Of a DNA stretch of 64,000 nt, positions 33,450-44,330 are shown piece by piece. Position numbers and translations under genes: made by a program. Source of the DNA: Candidatus Eiseniibacteriota bacterium (lineage in GTDB: Bacteria > Eisenbacteria > RBG-16-71-46 > CAVPCR01); contig CAWGMA010000004.1 of the NCBI GenBank assembly GCA_963823555.1, positions 676,570 to 740,569 of the forward strand, written 5' to 3'. Every line of letters starts with the position of its first letter. The first letter of the stretch is position 1. The notes beneath the pieces were generated by a model. The model did no database searches, was not told the DNA's origin, and saw only the letters and a list, made by a program, of their open reading frames with translations.

Positions 33450-36400
33450 ATGAAGCGGGCCGCTTTGTTCTTGGGTCTTGTCTGCATAGGGGCGCTTGCC
33501 CTGCAGGCAGATATCGCAAGTGGGCAGGGTGGTGGGTCCGTGGTGGGATGGGGGGCAAAGGTCATTGGCGAGGAGGACGTCATTGGCGACCTCGTGGCGA
33601 TTTCCGCAGGTTCCAGTCACAGCTTGGGTCTCACTTCCAACGGCAGGATCGTCGCCTTCGGGCGGATCACTTATGGCCAGTGCAATGTCCCAGAGCCGAA
33701 CGCGGATTTCGTCGCGATCGCGGCCAATGATCAATATAGCCTGGGTCTGAAATCCAACGGTGCCATTGTTTACATGGGAAGCTGCTACTACAATCTGTGT
33801 GTGATCCCCGCGCCGAATACTGACTACGTGGCAATTGCGGCTGGCTTCTACCATGCTCTTGCTCTGAGATCGGACAGCTCGGTCGTGGCCTGGGGATACG
33901 GCAGCAATGGCCAGTGCAACGTCCCGACGCCCAATACCGGCTTTGTAGCCGTTGCTGGTGGCTACTACCACAGCCTGGGTCTCAAGTCGGATGGCACGAT
34001 CGCAACTTGGGGATCGACCTATCCTCCCTCACCCAACACAGATTTTGTGGCGATCGCAGCCGGCATGTATCACAGTCTCGGCCTCAAGTCCGACGGATCG
34101 ATCGTGGCCTGGGGGCAGGACACCTACGGTCAGTGCACCGTTCCCTCGCCAAATGCTGACTTCGTCGCGATCGCGGCCGGTTCGTACCATAGTCTCGGCC
34201 TGAAGTCTGACGGATCGATCGTGGCCTGGGGGCAGGACACCTACGGTCAGTGCACCGTGCCTGCCCCGAACTCCGGCTTCTCGGCAATTGCTGGGGGTGC
34301 TCATCATAGCCTGGCAATTGCATCGGATGGAGGGCTTCTGGCATGGGGGGAGGACAACTATGGCCAATGCAACGCTCCGATATCGGGCGTGCCGAACACC
34401 GACTTCCTTGCCATTGCCGCGGGAGGAGAGACAGCAAGTCAGGCACATACGCTGGGACTAAAGTCTGATGGGACGATTGCTGCCTGGGGGTACAACGGCT
34501 ATGGCCAGTGCGCCGTTCCCTCGCCAAATGCTGACTTCGTCGCGATCGCGGCCGGTTCGTACCATAGTCTCGGCCTGAAGTCTGACGGAGCCCTTGCCGC
34601 CTGGGGTTCTAACTCGTATGGCCAATGCACACTCCCGGAGCCGAATTCTAGCTTCGCGAAAATCGCTGCAGGTGACAACTTCAGCCTTGGTCTGAAGTTC
34701 GATGCGACGATCGAGGCCTGGGGGAACAACAGCTACGGTCAGTGCACAGTTCCCGAACCCAATGCAGGGTTCATTGCCGTCGCGGCTGGTCACGGTCACG
34801 GTCTCGGCCTCAAGTCCGACGGATCGATCGTGGCTTGGGGGCAGAACAACTACAATCAGTGCGTCATTCCCTCACCGAACGCTGGGTTCGTGGCTATCGC
34901 AGCGGGTTGGTATCATAGCCTAGGTCTCAAAGGCGATGGGACCATCGTTGTCTGGGGGGACAACACATATGGACAACATAGCGTCCCGTCGCCGAACTCC
35001 GGCTTCGCCTCCCTGGCTGGAGGCTCGTACCATTGTCTGGGCCTCAAGTCGGATGGGACAATCGTGGCATGGGGGCAAAACACCTACGGCGAGTGCACCG
35101 TACCGCTACCGAATGCCAGCTTCGGGGCGGTTGCTGCAGCTGATGGTTACTCCCTGGCTCTGCGGGTTAGCAACCAGCCCCCGGCGGTGACCGTCGATGA
35201 GGGTGTCCTCAATGTCAGTGAGGGCGCACTCGCATGCAACTCCGGTGCCGTTTCTGATCCAGATGGCGATGTTGTGGTTTTGGATGCTTCTGTCGGTACC
35301 GTTGTCAACAACGGTGACGGCACCTGGAGCTGGAACCTTCTCGCAGCCGATGGACCGGCAGTAGGGCAGACGATCACGATCACCGGCAATGACGGCAAGG
35401 GTGGAAGGGCCGTGGCGACGTTTGAGCTGACAGTCGCGAACATTGCACCGATCATGTCCTCCGTCGAGGTCCCCCTCGACCCTATCGGTTTGAGCGAGCA
35501 GCCGATCCGTGGCAGTGCAACGTTCACTGATCCTGCCGGCGCTGCTGACGAGCCGTTCGCCTGCACGTTCGACTACGGCGACGGGTCCGGCCCTGTGGCG
35601 GGCACGGTCGATGGCACAACGTGTACTGGTCCAGACCATTCCTATACCTGCGCCGGCGTGTATACCGTGGCCGCGACTGTCGCGGATAAGGATGATGGCG
35701 TTGGCAGTGCCACGGCGACGACCTATTTGGTCATCTACGATCCCAGCGCTGGTTGCGTCACTGGTGGTGGCTGGATCGACTCGCCGCCTGGGGCATATCC
35801 TGCCCATCCGGACCTTGGTGGACGCGCCAACTTCGGGTTTGTCTCCAAGTACAAGCGCGGCCAGTCACAACCGGACGGGGACACCGAATTCCAGTTTCAC
35901 GCTGGGGATCTGAACTTTCATTCTACCAGCTACGACTGGCTGGTCATTGCCGGTCCTCATGCCAAGTACAAGGGGTCAGGAGAGATCAACGGTGCCGGCG
36001 ACTACGCCTTCATGCTCACGGCCACCGATGCCGAGGTCCATGGTGGTGGTGATACCGATCTCTTCCGCATCAAGATCTGGGAGAAGAACGCAGATGAGAC
36101 CGTGGTCTACGACAACAAGATCGGGGAAGGTGACGACAGCTATGCGGGCACGGCGCTGGGTGGAGGCCAGATCAAGATCCACAGTGGCGGCGCCGCCAAG
36201 CAGCGACCTGATCCGGGCGATGATCCTGATGTCGCCACGGCCGTCGTGATCCCGGCCGCGTACGCACTGCTGGCGAGCGTTCCCAACCCGTTCAACCCCA
36301 CGACCAACATCCGCTTCGACTTGCCGGAAGCGGCTGCCGTGCGTCTCGTCCTCTATGACACGATGGGCCGCGCCGTCGCCCGTCTGATTGACGGTGCAAT

Positions 36401-36518
36401 GCCGGCTGGTGAGCACCGCGTGACCTTCGATGGCAGCGGTCTCCCGAGCGGGCGATACTTCTACCGGCTGGATGCGGGATCGTTCACGGCGACGCGCTCG
36501 ATGACGCTGACCAAGTGA
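33450..36518 (+). CDS. Secreted RCC1-repeat / PKD-Ig protein with FlgD-Ig CTD
   Basis: Many AIAAGxYHSLGLKSDGxIxAWG repeats; FDYGDG PKD; VTGGGWI domain; PNPFNPTTNIRF. Confidence 0.9.
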   Translation: MKRAALFLGLVCIGALALQADIASGQGGGSVVGWGAKVIGEEDVIGDLVAISAGSSHSLGLTSNGRIVAFGRITYGQCNVPEPNADFVAIAANDQYSLGLKSNGAIVYMGSCYYNLCVIPAPNTDYVAIAAGFYHALALRSDSSVVAWGYGSNGQCNVPTPNTGFVAVAGGYYHSLGLKSDGTIATWGSTYPPSPNTDFVAIAAGMYHSLGLKSDGSIVAWGQDTYGQCTVPSPNADFVAIAAGSYHSLGLKSDGSIVAWGQDTYGQCTVPAPNSGFSAIAGGAHHSLAIASDGGLLAWGEDNYGQCNAPISGVPNTDFLAIAAGGETASQAHTLGLKSDGTIAAWGYNGYGQCAVPSPNADFVAIAAGSYHSLGLKSDGALAAWGSNSYGQCTLPEPNSSFAKIAAGDNFSLGLKFDATIEAWGNNSYGQCTVPEPNAGFIAVAAGHGHGLGLKSDGSIVAWGQNNYNQCVIPSPNAGFVAIAAGWYHSLGLKGDGTIVVWGDNTYGQHSVPSPNSGFASLAGGSYHCLGLKSDGTIVAWGQNTYGECTVPLPNASFGAVAAADGYSLALRVSNQPPAVTVDEGVLNVSEGALACNSGAVSDPDGDVVVLDASVGTVVNNGDGTWSWNLLAADGPAVGQTITITGNDGKGGRAVATFELTVANIAPIMSSVEVPLDPIGLSEQPIRGSATFTDPAGAADEPFACTFDYGDGSGPVAGTVDGTTCTGPDHSYTCAGVYTVAATVADKDDGVGSATATTYLVIYDPSAGCVTGGGWIDSPPGAYPAHPDLGGRANFGFVSKYKRGQSQPDGDTEFQFHAGDLNFHSTSYDWLVIAGPHAKYKGSGEINGAGDYAFMLTATDAEVHGGGDTDLFRIKIWEKNADETVVYDNKIGEGDDSYAGTALGGGQIKIHSGGAAKQRPDPGDDPDVATAVVIPAAYALLASVPNPFNPTTNIRFDLPEAAAVRLVLYDTMGRAVARLIDGAMPAGEHRVTFDGSGLPSGRYFYRLDAGSFTATRSMTLTK

Positions 36519-36701
36519 CGCGGTCGGTTGAGCATTAGCCCGGGAAAGAGGAGGCCCCGGTGGAGTGATTCGCCGGGACCTCCCGACACCCAGAAGATGT
36601 TCGGATCGCGTTCGAGCCTCGTTATGAGATTGCTTGAAGACAACCTGCCGCTGGCAGCCGCCTGCGGAGGTTCTGGGAAGGAAGGCCGCAGAATGAGGTT
36701 C

Positions 36702-37644
36702 ATGGGGGGGTTGCTTGGCCTCGGGGCCGTGGGTTGTGCCTGTTCTCTTGTGTGTCGTGTTCGCCGCCGGCTGCCAGGACGGCTCCGGACCGGGTCTGGT
36801 GATGTCGCCTGATGCAGAGCCGACCCTGGAGAAGAAGCCGCCGCCCCCGCCCCCGCCGGCAGGGAATCCAGAGATCGCTGGGGTACAAGTTGGCCCCAGG
36901 AACCCGAAACTGTTCGTGATGGACGCCGACGGCGACAACGCGACGGTCATCTTCCCGACCTCGCCTCCCTGGCAGGTCGGGTTGTACGATGGGCCAACAT
37001 GGTCGCCAGATGGTTCAGCCATCGCTTACATTTGCAACGGGCTGAATGTGATCAACAAGGATGGCTCCAACAACCACCAGCTACTGGCTCCGACCAGGCC
37101 GTTGTGGGATCCGCAGTGGTCGCCGACAGGTGGCGAGATCGCGGTCGCCACTTTCGACTTCAGCGGCGTCGAGACCTTCGACATCATCGCTGTGCCTGCC
37201 GCCGGTGGAGAGCCGGTCCTCATCTACTCGCGAGCATTCGTTCCGGGGGGCGACGATTACGGCGGCGCGCTGGCATGGAATCACGACGGGACCAAGCTGG
37301 TTGTCTGCTGGAACACCGAGATCATGATCGTCGACCGTGGGACCGGGGCTGAGACGACGGTCCTCGATAACGCGCCAGGTGTGATCTTCAGCGTGAGCTG
37401 GGCGCGCCAGGGAGTGTACCTGATCCTGTATGCAACCCTGGAGGAGATCTACACCCTGGACATCAGTGTTCCCGGACAGACCCCGACGTTCATCGCCAAC
37501 GGGAAGGACGTGGATTGTTCCCCGGACAACTCGAAGATGGTCTATCGCCGGAACACGGACATCGTGGTCTATACGTTCGCCACGGGTGAGACGGAGGTCA
37601 TCAGTGGCATCGCAAGCCTGAGGTTCCTGAGCTGGCGGCGGTAG
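36702..37644 (+). CDS. TolB-like lipoprotein, paralog 2 (start region probably frameshifted)
   Basis: VFAAGCQDGSGPGL; KKPPPP; MDADGDN; PTWSPDG; ends SWRR*. Confidence 0.8.
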
Positions 37645-38003
37645 GTGTATCCGCCGGTTGGTGCGCGGCCTCGAGTAGCGGCTCGAGGCCGGCTCTTTCA
37701 GTGCGAGCGGCTTGATGAAGCCGCTTCCGGCGAGGGGCCGCTTGCGGCGAGAGAAGGCGGCCCGTTTCGCGTCGTGGCATGGCGGCGAAGGCAGAACATC
37801 TTCCATGAGAATTGTAGATTCCTCGGGATGTTTGCCCCACTCGCCGCTCCTGCCCTTCGCTAACATGAAGACGAGCGGTGGTTTGAGACTTCTGTGAGGG
37901 TCGTGGTCCACTCTTGGTCATCGAACGCCGATCGCTCAGGCCGACACTCTCGGCAGAGCGGCCGGCGCTCGCGGGTGTCAGCGAGAAGCCGAAAGGCGGG
38001 TCC

Positions 38004-40067
38004 ATGATGTTCGCAAGTCGATCACTGACGGCTCTGATGGTGTATTGCTTTCTGCTCACCTTCCTGGTGGCGCCAGGTCACACGGCTCAGCGCAAGGTGC
38101 TATTCGAGGAATTCACCAACAACGGATGCGGCCCCTGCGCCGCGGTCGCCCCGTTCGTCCACGACATCATGGTGGACTACGACCAGGTCCTGGTACCTGT
38201 GGTCTGGCACACATGGTGGCCGAATCCATCCGACCCTCTCTACCTGCACAACCCTGCACCCATCAACCGGCGAGTCTATCGCTACGGCATCAACGGTGTA
38301 CCCATGCTCTTTCTCGATGGCGAGGAGCATGGGATTGTGATGCCTCCGAACACTTATCCTTATCTAGCTGGATTCATCGACAGCCGGATGGCTGTGTCGA
38401 GTCCGCTGTCGATTGATATTGTCGTCCAGGTCACCGCCGAGGGCATCCTCGCCATGATGAATGTGACAGTCGAGACCCCTACCTTTGGCAACCATCGGCT
38501 GTACGTAGCTCTCACCGAGAGGCACATTGAACTGCCGGGTCCCAACGGCCAGACGGATCATTACTGGACGTTCCGGCGGATCAACAACAACGATGCCACC
38601 GAGTCTGGTCAGCCCATCGATCTATGCACGCCTGGGGTGCAGCATTTCGTATTCGACGCGGAAGACTTCCCGATGGACCCCAATTACGAGCCCACGGAGC
38701 TTGCTATCTGCGCGTGGGTACAGGATGTCGACACGTTCGAGGTGATACAGGCCGGCAAGGGCAATGCGCCGTGCGTGCCGGCCATCGAGTACGCCTCTCT
38801 ACACACCAGGATCGGCGCCAGCGATGAAGTTGTGCACTATGCGGCGACACTCCAGCAATGGGGCTTCGGCGACGAGATCTTTGATGTCACGATCGACAAC
38901 ATTCCCTCTGGCTGGGCCTGCTCCTACACCACGCCGGAGGGCACCTTCTCGGGGCCGAGCAGCCTGCCCCTCCCGAACGGTGCCAGCGTCCCGATCGCCG
39001 TTGATCTCGACTCCCAGGGACATCCCGGTCCGGCGACCATCACGCTGACCTGCACGGCGCGGACCGATCCCCCGGTCTCGGTGTCACTCGATTTCCACAA
39101 GATCAACGGGGTGGACGTGCTCGTTGTTGATGATGATGGCGGAGCCGCTCGCGAGGAGAGGTGCAGCGCGTATCTTGATGGGGCTGGTGTCTCGTGGCGA
39201 CTGTGGGAGAGGGAATGGGGCGACCTCGACAGGGAGGATCTCGAGGCCGCGGCCGATGTCATCGTGTGGCTGACCGGCGACCATGTACCGACATTGACCG
39301 AGTCGGATCGAAGCGCCATCTCCGGATGGCTCGACAGCGGAGGCAGGCTGCTCCTGACCGGGCAGGAGATCGCCTATGACCTCGCCGATCCGTTGAGTCC
39401 CAATTTCTCGCCCGAGACCATCGTCTGGTTCGTGACTACGCTTCACGCCATCTACCAGAACACTTGCGCGAGCATCTACTACCTCGATGGAGTGCCGGGC
39501 GATCTGATCGGCGACGGTCTTGCGTTCTCTCTCGATCCTGGCGGTCCATACGGCCAGACGACCATGGACACGATCACCCCGGGGTTCGACGCCAGCGGGG
39601 TCTGCACCTATCAGGGCGTGCCCAACTGGTTCGGCGGCATTCGCTGGACGAATGGGAGTGCGCGGCTCGTCTACCTGTGCGTCGGAGTCGAGGGCGTGAG
39701 CGAGGCCTCTCAGCGTGAACTGCTCTTGTCCCGTATCCTTGGTTGGTTCGGGTGCAGCGCGGGCGTTGACGTTGCGGAGACAAGCAAGGTGCCCTTCGCC
39801 ATCCTCGGTAGCGAGCCCAACCCGGCCTCCTCTGCGACGGCGATCCACTATCGGCTGGACACGGGAGGGTCCGTTAGGCTCCGCATCTTCGATGTCAGCG
39901 GGCGACTCGTGCGGACGCTATTCGCAGGCCAGCAGTCGGCCGCGGAGCATCGGCTCCCGTGGGATGGCCGTGATGACGCGGGGCTCGATGTGGCGAGCGG
40001 CGTTTACTTCTATCGCCTCGAAGCCGCCGGGGAGAACGCTACGAACCGACTGGTCATCGTCAGGTAG
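38004..40067 (+). CDS. Secreted Omp28-like thioredoxin-fold protein with FlgD-Ig CTD
   Basis: VLFEEFTNNGCGPC; YGINGVP; VLVVDDD domain; PNP..WDGRDDAG..ASGVY. Confidence 0.75.
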   Translation: MMFASRSLTALMVYCFLLTFLVAPGHTAQRKVLFEEFTNNGCGPCAAVAPFVHDIMVDYDQVLVPVVWHTWWPNPSDPLYLHNPAPINRRVYRYGINGVPMLFLDGEEHGIVMPPNTYPYLAGFIDSRMAVSSPLSIDIVVQVTAEGILAMMNVTVETPTFGNHRLYVALTERHIELPGPNGQTDHYWTFRRINNNDATESGQPIDLCTPGVQHFVFDAEDFPMDPNYEPTELAICAWVQDVDTFEVIQAGKGNAPCVPAIEYASLHTRIGASDEVVHYAATLQQWGFGDEIFDVTIDNIPSGWACSYTTPEGTFSGPSSLPLPNGASVPIAVDLDSQGHPGPATITLTCTARTDPPVSVSLDFHKINGVDVLVVDDDGGAAREERCSAYLDGAGVSWRLWEREWGDLDREDLEAAADVIVWLTGDHVPTLTESDRSAISGWLDSGGRLLLTGQEIAYDLADPLSPNFSPETIVWFVTTLHAIYQNTCASIYYLDGVPGDLIGDGLAFSLDPGGPYGQTTMDTITPGFDASGVCTYQGVPNWFGGIRWTNGSARLVYLCVGVEGVSEASQRELLLSRILGWFGCSAGVDVAETSKVPFAILGSEPNPASSATAIHYRLDTGGSVRLRIFDVSGRLVRTLFAGQQSAAEHRLPWDGRDDAGLDVASGVYFYRLEAAGENATNRLVIVR

Positions 40068-40108
40068 GGGGGCGACCGAAGGCGGGAGACGTCAGTCAAT
40101 AGAAGGCA

Positions 40109-41011
40109 TCAGATCTCGCCCCATGGGATCCGGCCGCTGTAGAGCCTGGGCAGGAGCCACGGCCTCTTCCGCAAGAGCTCGGAGATGGGGGGGGGTGCGT
40201 GCTGCGATGTGTTCCTCGCCTGGGCGACGGTCTCCGGCCATTCGAACGGCAGCTCGATGTAGGTGTCGGGCCCGGATGCGCTCGCGAGCAGCTCGAGCGT
40301 GGCGCGGAGCACCGCGCGCTGGCCGTCCGTGTCGTGCGGCCTCCCAAGAGGCCGGCTCGCCGGGTAAGAGATGCCCGCGAGCCGGGGCACGCCGACCGCC
40401 CGCGTGAGCTCGGGAATCCACGATAGCGTCACCGTCGAGATGCCGCTCGCCTCGAGGACTCGCTGGGCCAGTCCCACGGACCGGCAGCAGAACGGTCAGG
40501 CGGGAAAGAGCGCCGCGGCGTCGACTCCCTCCGTGCGCATGCGCTCGGCCATGGCCGGCGCCGTCTTCTCGACCAGCTCCCGCGCATCGAGGATGTAGCC
40601 CATCATCGAGTAATGAGTGGGCGCCGGGCGGCCGACGAAGCCCTCATCCGCGAGCTCGGTGAGGCGTCGCATCGGCAGGACCACGTCGAGGTCGGCCTCA
40701 CCGAACCTCGGATCGATGTGCAGGTGGTAGATCTTGATGTCCGCCTCCGCCGTGCCGAGGGGAATCGTGCGGAAGGTCGGATCGCCCCACCAGGGGTTCC
40801 GCCGTTCGCCCTCCTGGTCGAAGGGCCGGTCGTCGCGGCGGGCCACAGCCGCGGTCGTGAGGAGCGCCACGGTGCACTCGCTGAGCGGCTTGGCGAGCGG
40901 CGTGAAGGGGATCACGCCGCCCTCCTGGCGTTCGCCCTCCTGGCGCTCGGCCCAGGCCTTCATGATCTTCCGCGATGCGAAGTCGAGGAAACGGTACGAG
41001 TCGATGGCCAC
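40109..41011 (-). CDS. Selenoprotein of the PrdB/GrdB (glycine/proline reductase selenoprotein B) family; Sec encoded by TGA at 40496-40498
   Basis: ORFs 40496-41011 and 40109-40477 are in frame. Read-through gives GVDAAALFPA-U-PFCCRSVGLAQRVLEASGISTV; N-terminal PFTPLAKPLSECTVALLTTA and DLDVVLP..RL.EL. Confidence 0.85.
40468..40484 (-). promoter_or_regulatory. Putative bacterial SECIS hairpin
   Basis: CCGGUCC-GUG-GGACUGG stem-loop beginning 11 nt 3' of the UGA, with a G-first loop. Confidence 0.65.
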
Positions 41012-41291
41012 TGGATGGCTGTCCTCCCGAGAGCCCTGAAGCCGTGTCGCTGAGGGTACAGGTCGGCCGTGATGCTCTCACGTCACCCGGGGAAACGCTG
41101 CGCCCATTCTGCTCGCCTGTCCGCCTCGCTGCTGGTCGAAGGGCCAGCCGCCACGGCGCGCTGCATCGGCTTTCGGCGAGAGCCCCCAGCCCTGCCCCGG
41201 CAAATCTCTCATGCCGCTCCGGGCTCGCGAGCAGTATAATGGAGGTTCGCGCTCCTCTCATGATCACCAAAACACCACGGAGGGATTCCCC

Positions 41292-41927
41292 ATGAACCGA
41301 AGTCGAATGTTCAATCTTCTGGCGTTCTGCAGCGCGGCGCTCCTGCTCTTTGCCGCCAGTGCATCGGCCGGGACCGTTCAGTCAGGGTTCTACGTGATGG
41401 ACTCGAGCGAGATCGGCTCGAGTCCGTGGACCACGGTGCCTACCTCGTCGCTGGTCGAGCTGCTCGCGAATGCGGGCTTCGAGACCGGGAGCTTGCCGCC
41501 CTGGACCACGGTTGGTGGGTGGTCCGTGACCAACGCGGACGCTCACTCCGGGACATATTCCGCCCTGGGTGTCGGCAACAACTGGGTGCGGCAGGATTTC
41601 CCGGCGATCGATACCGCCAATGTCCTGTCCGTGTCGTTCTGGGCGCGCCAGCCCGAGGCCCAGATCCAGGCCTACGATTTCTTCTACTCGGACAACACGT
41701 TCGACGAGACCATCTGGTTCGTGCCGGCCACGTGGGCGCAGCACGACATCACGTCGTTCCTCCGGCCCCCCGGCAACCTGCTCACGGGGCTCCGGATCTG
41801 GGGCTACTCCGGTGGCCCGCCGCAGCCGGATGAGACCTACCTCGACGACGTCTCGATCCAGATCGTGGGCGCCACGGCGGTCGATCCATCGACCTGGGGC
41901 ACGGTGAAGTCGCTCTTCGTGAACTGA
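41292..41927 (+). CDS. Secreted CBM-like protein ending in STWGTVKSLFVN
   Basis: Signal ..ASASA|G; LLANAGFETG; YLDDVS; TATAAT at 41235-41240 upstream. Confidence 0.75.
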   Translation: MNRSRMFNLLAFCSAALLLFAASASAGTVQSGFYVMDSSEIGSSPWTTVPTSSLVELLANAGFETGSLPPWTTVGGWSVTNADAHSGTYSALGVGNNWVRQDFPAIDTANVLSVSFWARQPEAQIQAYDFFYSDNTFDETIWFVPATWAQHDITSFLRPPGNLLTGLRIWGYSGGPPQPDETYLDDVSIQIVGATAVDPSTWGTVKSLFVN

Positions 41928-41970
41928 GCGAGCGCAGCATAGGGGAGTAGACCGAGCAAGGTCTGACGTT

Positions 41971-42005
41971 CTACGGCTCCGGGTGCATCCGCCCCGGAGC
42001 CGTAG
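41971..42005. terminator. GC hairpin, putative terminator
   Basis: CTACGGCTCCGGG ... CCCGGAGCCGTAG, 13-bp arms. Confidence 0.55.
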
Positions 42006-42173
42006 GCGTTTGTGCGCGCGTTCCAGCCGCCGCCCTAGCCGCCGCCACTCAGAATTCCTGTTCGGACCGCGCGCCACCCTCGTTGATCCCATTGGTAGAT
42101 CTCGAGTCCTCCGGCGAGGCCGAGGCGGACTACCGAGCGCATGTTTCTCCTGCCAGGAAAGGAGGGCCGCACC

Positions 42174-43118
42174 GTGAAGCTCCTGGCGCAACCCCACCCG
42201 GCCTTGAGGCCGTGGCTTTTTTTGCTTTGTCTCGCTTTTGCGGCAGGGTGCCAGGACGGCTCGGGGCCGGGTCTGGCGACCGGGCCCGAGGCTCAGTCGT
42301 CGCTGGACAAGAAGCCCCCGCAACCCCCGCCGACGCCGGCCGATCCGGCCATCGCCTTCATCGTCCGAGCCGCGAACGGTTATGACCACCTGAAGGTCAT
42401 GGATGCCGATGGCTCGAACGCGACCACGATCTTCAGATCGGAGCGCCGGGTCATGCTCGGGTGTGGTCCGACGTGGTCACCAGATGGTAGCAGCATCGCA
42501 TTCCCAAATGCCCACAGCATGTGGCTCGTCGACGTCACCGTTGTCGACGGCATTCCCATGGGCAGCAATGCCCGAGTTCTGCTGGATCGAAGCAGTAGTC
42601 TCTTCCATCCGGCCTGGTCACCGCTCGGTGATCGGCTCGCATTCACTGATATTCATCTCAACACGATCGAGACCATTCCAGCAACTGGTGGACCTGCGTC
42701 GCTGGTCTACACATCCACCACGGGGAGGCTGGGGTACCCAGCCTGGAGTCCTGACGCAGACCGCATGGCGTTCACGGAGGGTGGTGCCATCCGCGTCCTC
42801 GATGTCTCCAGCGGAGAGGCGACCACGGTGCTTGGCGCCGAATGGGGAAGTCAGTTCAGCGGGGGCCCCCAGTTCCTCGACTGGGCGCGGACGCGGGATG
42901 TCTTGGCTTTCAGCGTCGGATCGGCCAACGGTCGCGACCTGGCCGTCTACACCATGCAGCTACCGGATGGGCCCCCGGTGTTTCTGGTCCAGGGTTCCTG
43001 TCCGACCTGGTCGCCGGATGATCAGAAGATCTGTTTCTCCGAAGGCATCATCGATCTGACCACGATGCAAGTCGCGAGCAGTGGCGGGTGGCCGGGATGG
43101 TTCGACTGGCGGCGGTAG
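42174..43118 (+). CDS. TolB-like lipoprotein, paralog 3
   Basis: FAAGCQDGSGPGLATGPEAQS.LDKKPPQPPPTPADPAI; PTWSPDG and PAWSP repeats; ends DWRR*. Confidence 0.85.
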   Translation: MKLLAQPHPALRPWLFLLCLAFAAGCQDGSGPGLATGPEAQSSLDKKPPQPPPTPADPAIAFIVRAANGYDHLKVMDADGSNATTIFRSERRVMLGCGPTWSPDGSSIAFPNAHSMWLVDVTVVDGIPMGSNARVLLDRSSSLFHPAWSPLGDRLAFTDIHLNTIETIPATGGPASLVYTSTTGRLGYPAWSPDADRMAFTEGGAIRVLDVSSGEATTVLGAEWGSQFSGGPQFLDWARTRDVLAFSVGSANGRDLAVYTMQLPDGPPVFLVQGSCPTWSPDDQKICFSEGIIDLTTMQVASSGGWPGWFDWRR

Positions 43119-43173
43119 ATCGCTTGATGCGTTGAAGCGGGTCAGGGCGTGACCCACTTGATCTTGCAGGGCA

Positions 43174-43278
43174 ATGTTCTCGCGGGACTGGAAGGAGCTG
43201 CAGACGGTGAACGTGGCAACAGGGGTGATCACACGCCTCGCGATCAACGGGAAGTTCACGGACTGGCGGCGGTTCTAG
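43174..43278 (+). pseudogene. Orphan 3' end homologous to paralog 1 (33219-33320)
   Basis: FSRDWKELQTVNVATGVITRLAINGKFTDWRRF*. Confidence 0.8.
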
Positions 43279-43299
43279 GACGGATCGCATCGCATTGGA

Positions 43300-44284
43300 G
43301 CTGCTGACGAACCGTTCACCTGCACATTCGACTACGGCGACGGGTCAGGCCCGAGCGCCGGTACAGTCATTGGCAGCAACCTGCACCGGTCCGGATCACT
43401 CCTACGCTACCGCGGGCGTCTATACGGTGACGGTGGCGGTTACCGACAAGGACAGTGGCGTGGGCAGTGCCACGGCAACGTCCTACGTCGTCATTTACGA
43501 TCCGAGCGCTGGCTTCGTCACGGGCGGCGGCTGGATCGAGTCGCCGCCGGGAGCTATCCAGCTGATCCCGATCTCGAGGGGCGAGGCAACTTCGGGTTTG
43601 TCTCGAGGTACAGACGAGGGCAGTCGCAACCGGACGGGAATACGCGAATTCCACTTTCAGGCTGGCGATCTGAACTTCCATTCCACGGGCTACGACTGGC
43701 TCGTGATCGCCGGACCGCATGCCAAGTACAAGGGGTCAGGAACCATCAACAACGCTGGTGACTATGGGTTCATGCTGACAGCGACCGATGCGGACGTGCC
43801 TGGAGGTGGTGACGTCGATCTCTTCCGCATCAAGATCTGGGAGAAGGACGCGGAGGAGACCATCGTCTATGACAACAGGATCGGGGAGGAGGACGATGGT
43901 TACGCGGGAACGGAGGTCGGCGGCGGCCAGATCAGGATCCAGAGCACTGGAAACCCGACCAAGCAGGGACCCGCAGATCCTGATGACGATCCCGATGTCG
44001 CCACCACGGTCGTGATCCCGACCTCCTATGCTCTCCTCGGCAGCACCCCGAACCCGTTCAATCCTTCGACCGACATCCGCTTCGATCTGCCAGAAGCGGT
44101 TGCGGTGCGCCTGGTCGTCTACGACACGATGGGCCGCGCCGTCGCCCGCCTCGTCGACGGGATCCTGCCGGCCGGCGAGCACCGTGTGACCTTCGACGGC
44201 CGCGGGCTCCCGAGCGGGCGGTACTTCTACCGGCTCGAGGCCGGGTCCTTCGCGGCGACGCGCTCGATGACGCTGACCAAGTGA
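43300..44284 (+). pseudogene. 5'-truncated copy of the RCC1/PKD gene C-terminus (homologous to about 35541-36518)
   Basis: Starts at GCTGCTGACGAxCCGTTC; no signal peptide or RCC1 repeats; identical ATRSMTLTK* end. Confidence 0.8.
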
Positions 44285-44330
44285 TGACACCGAGCGAGCG
44301 GTGAGTCGCTCGGACATCGGTGATACAGCA

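Noticed and set aside
33800..35160. CRISPR-like periodic array
   Set aside because: The period is a multiple of three inside an intact RCC1-repeat ORF; no unique spacers or cas genes.
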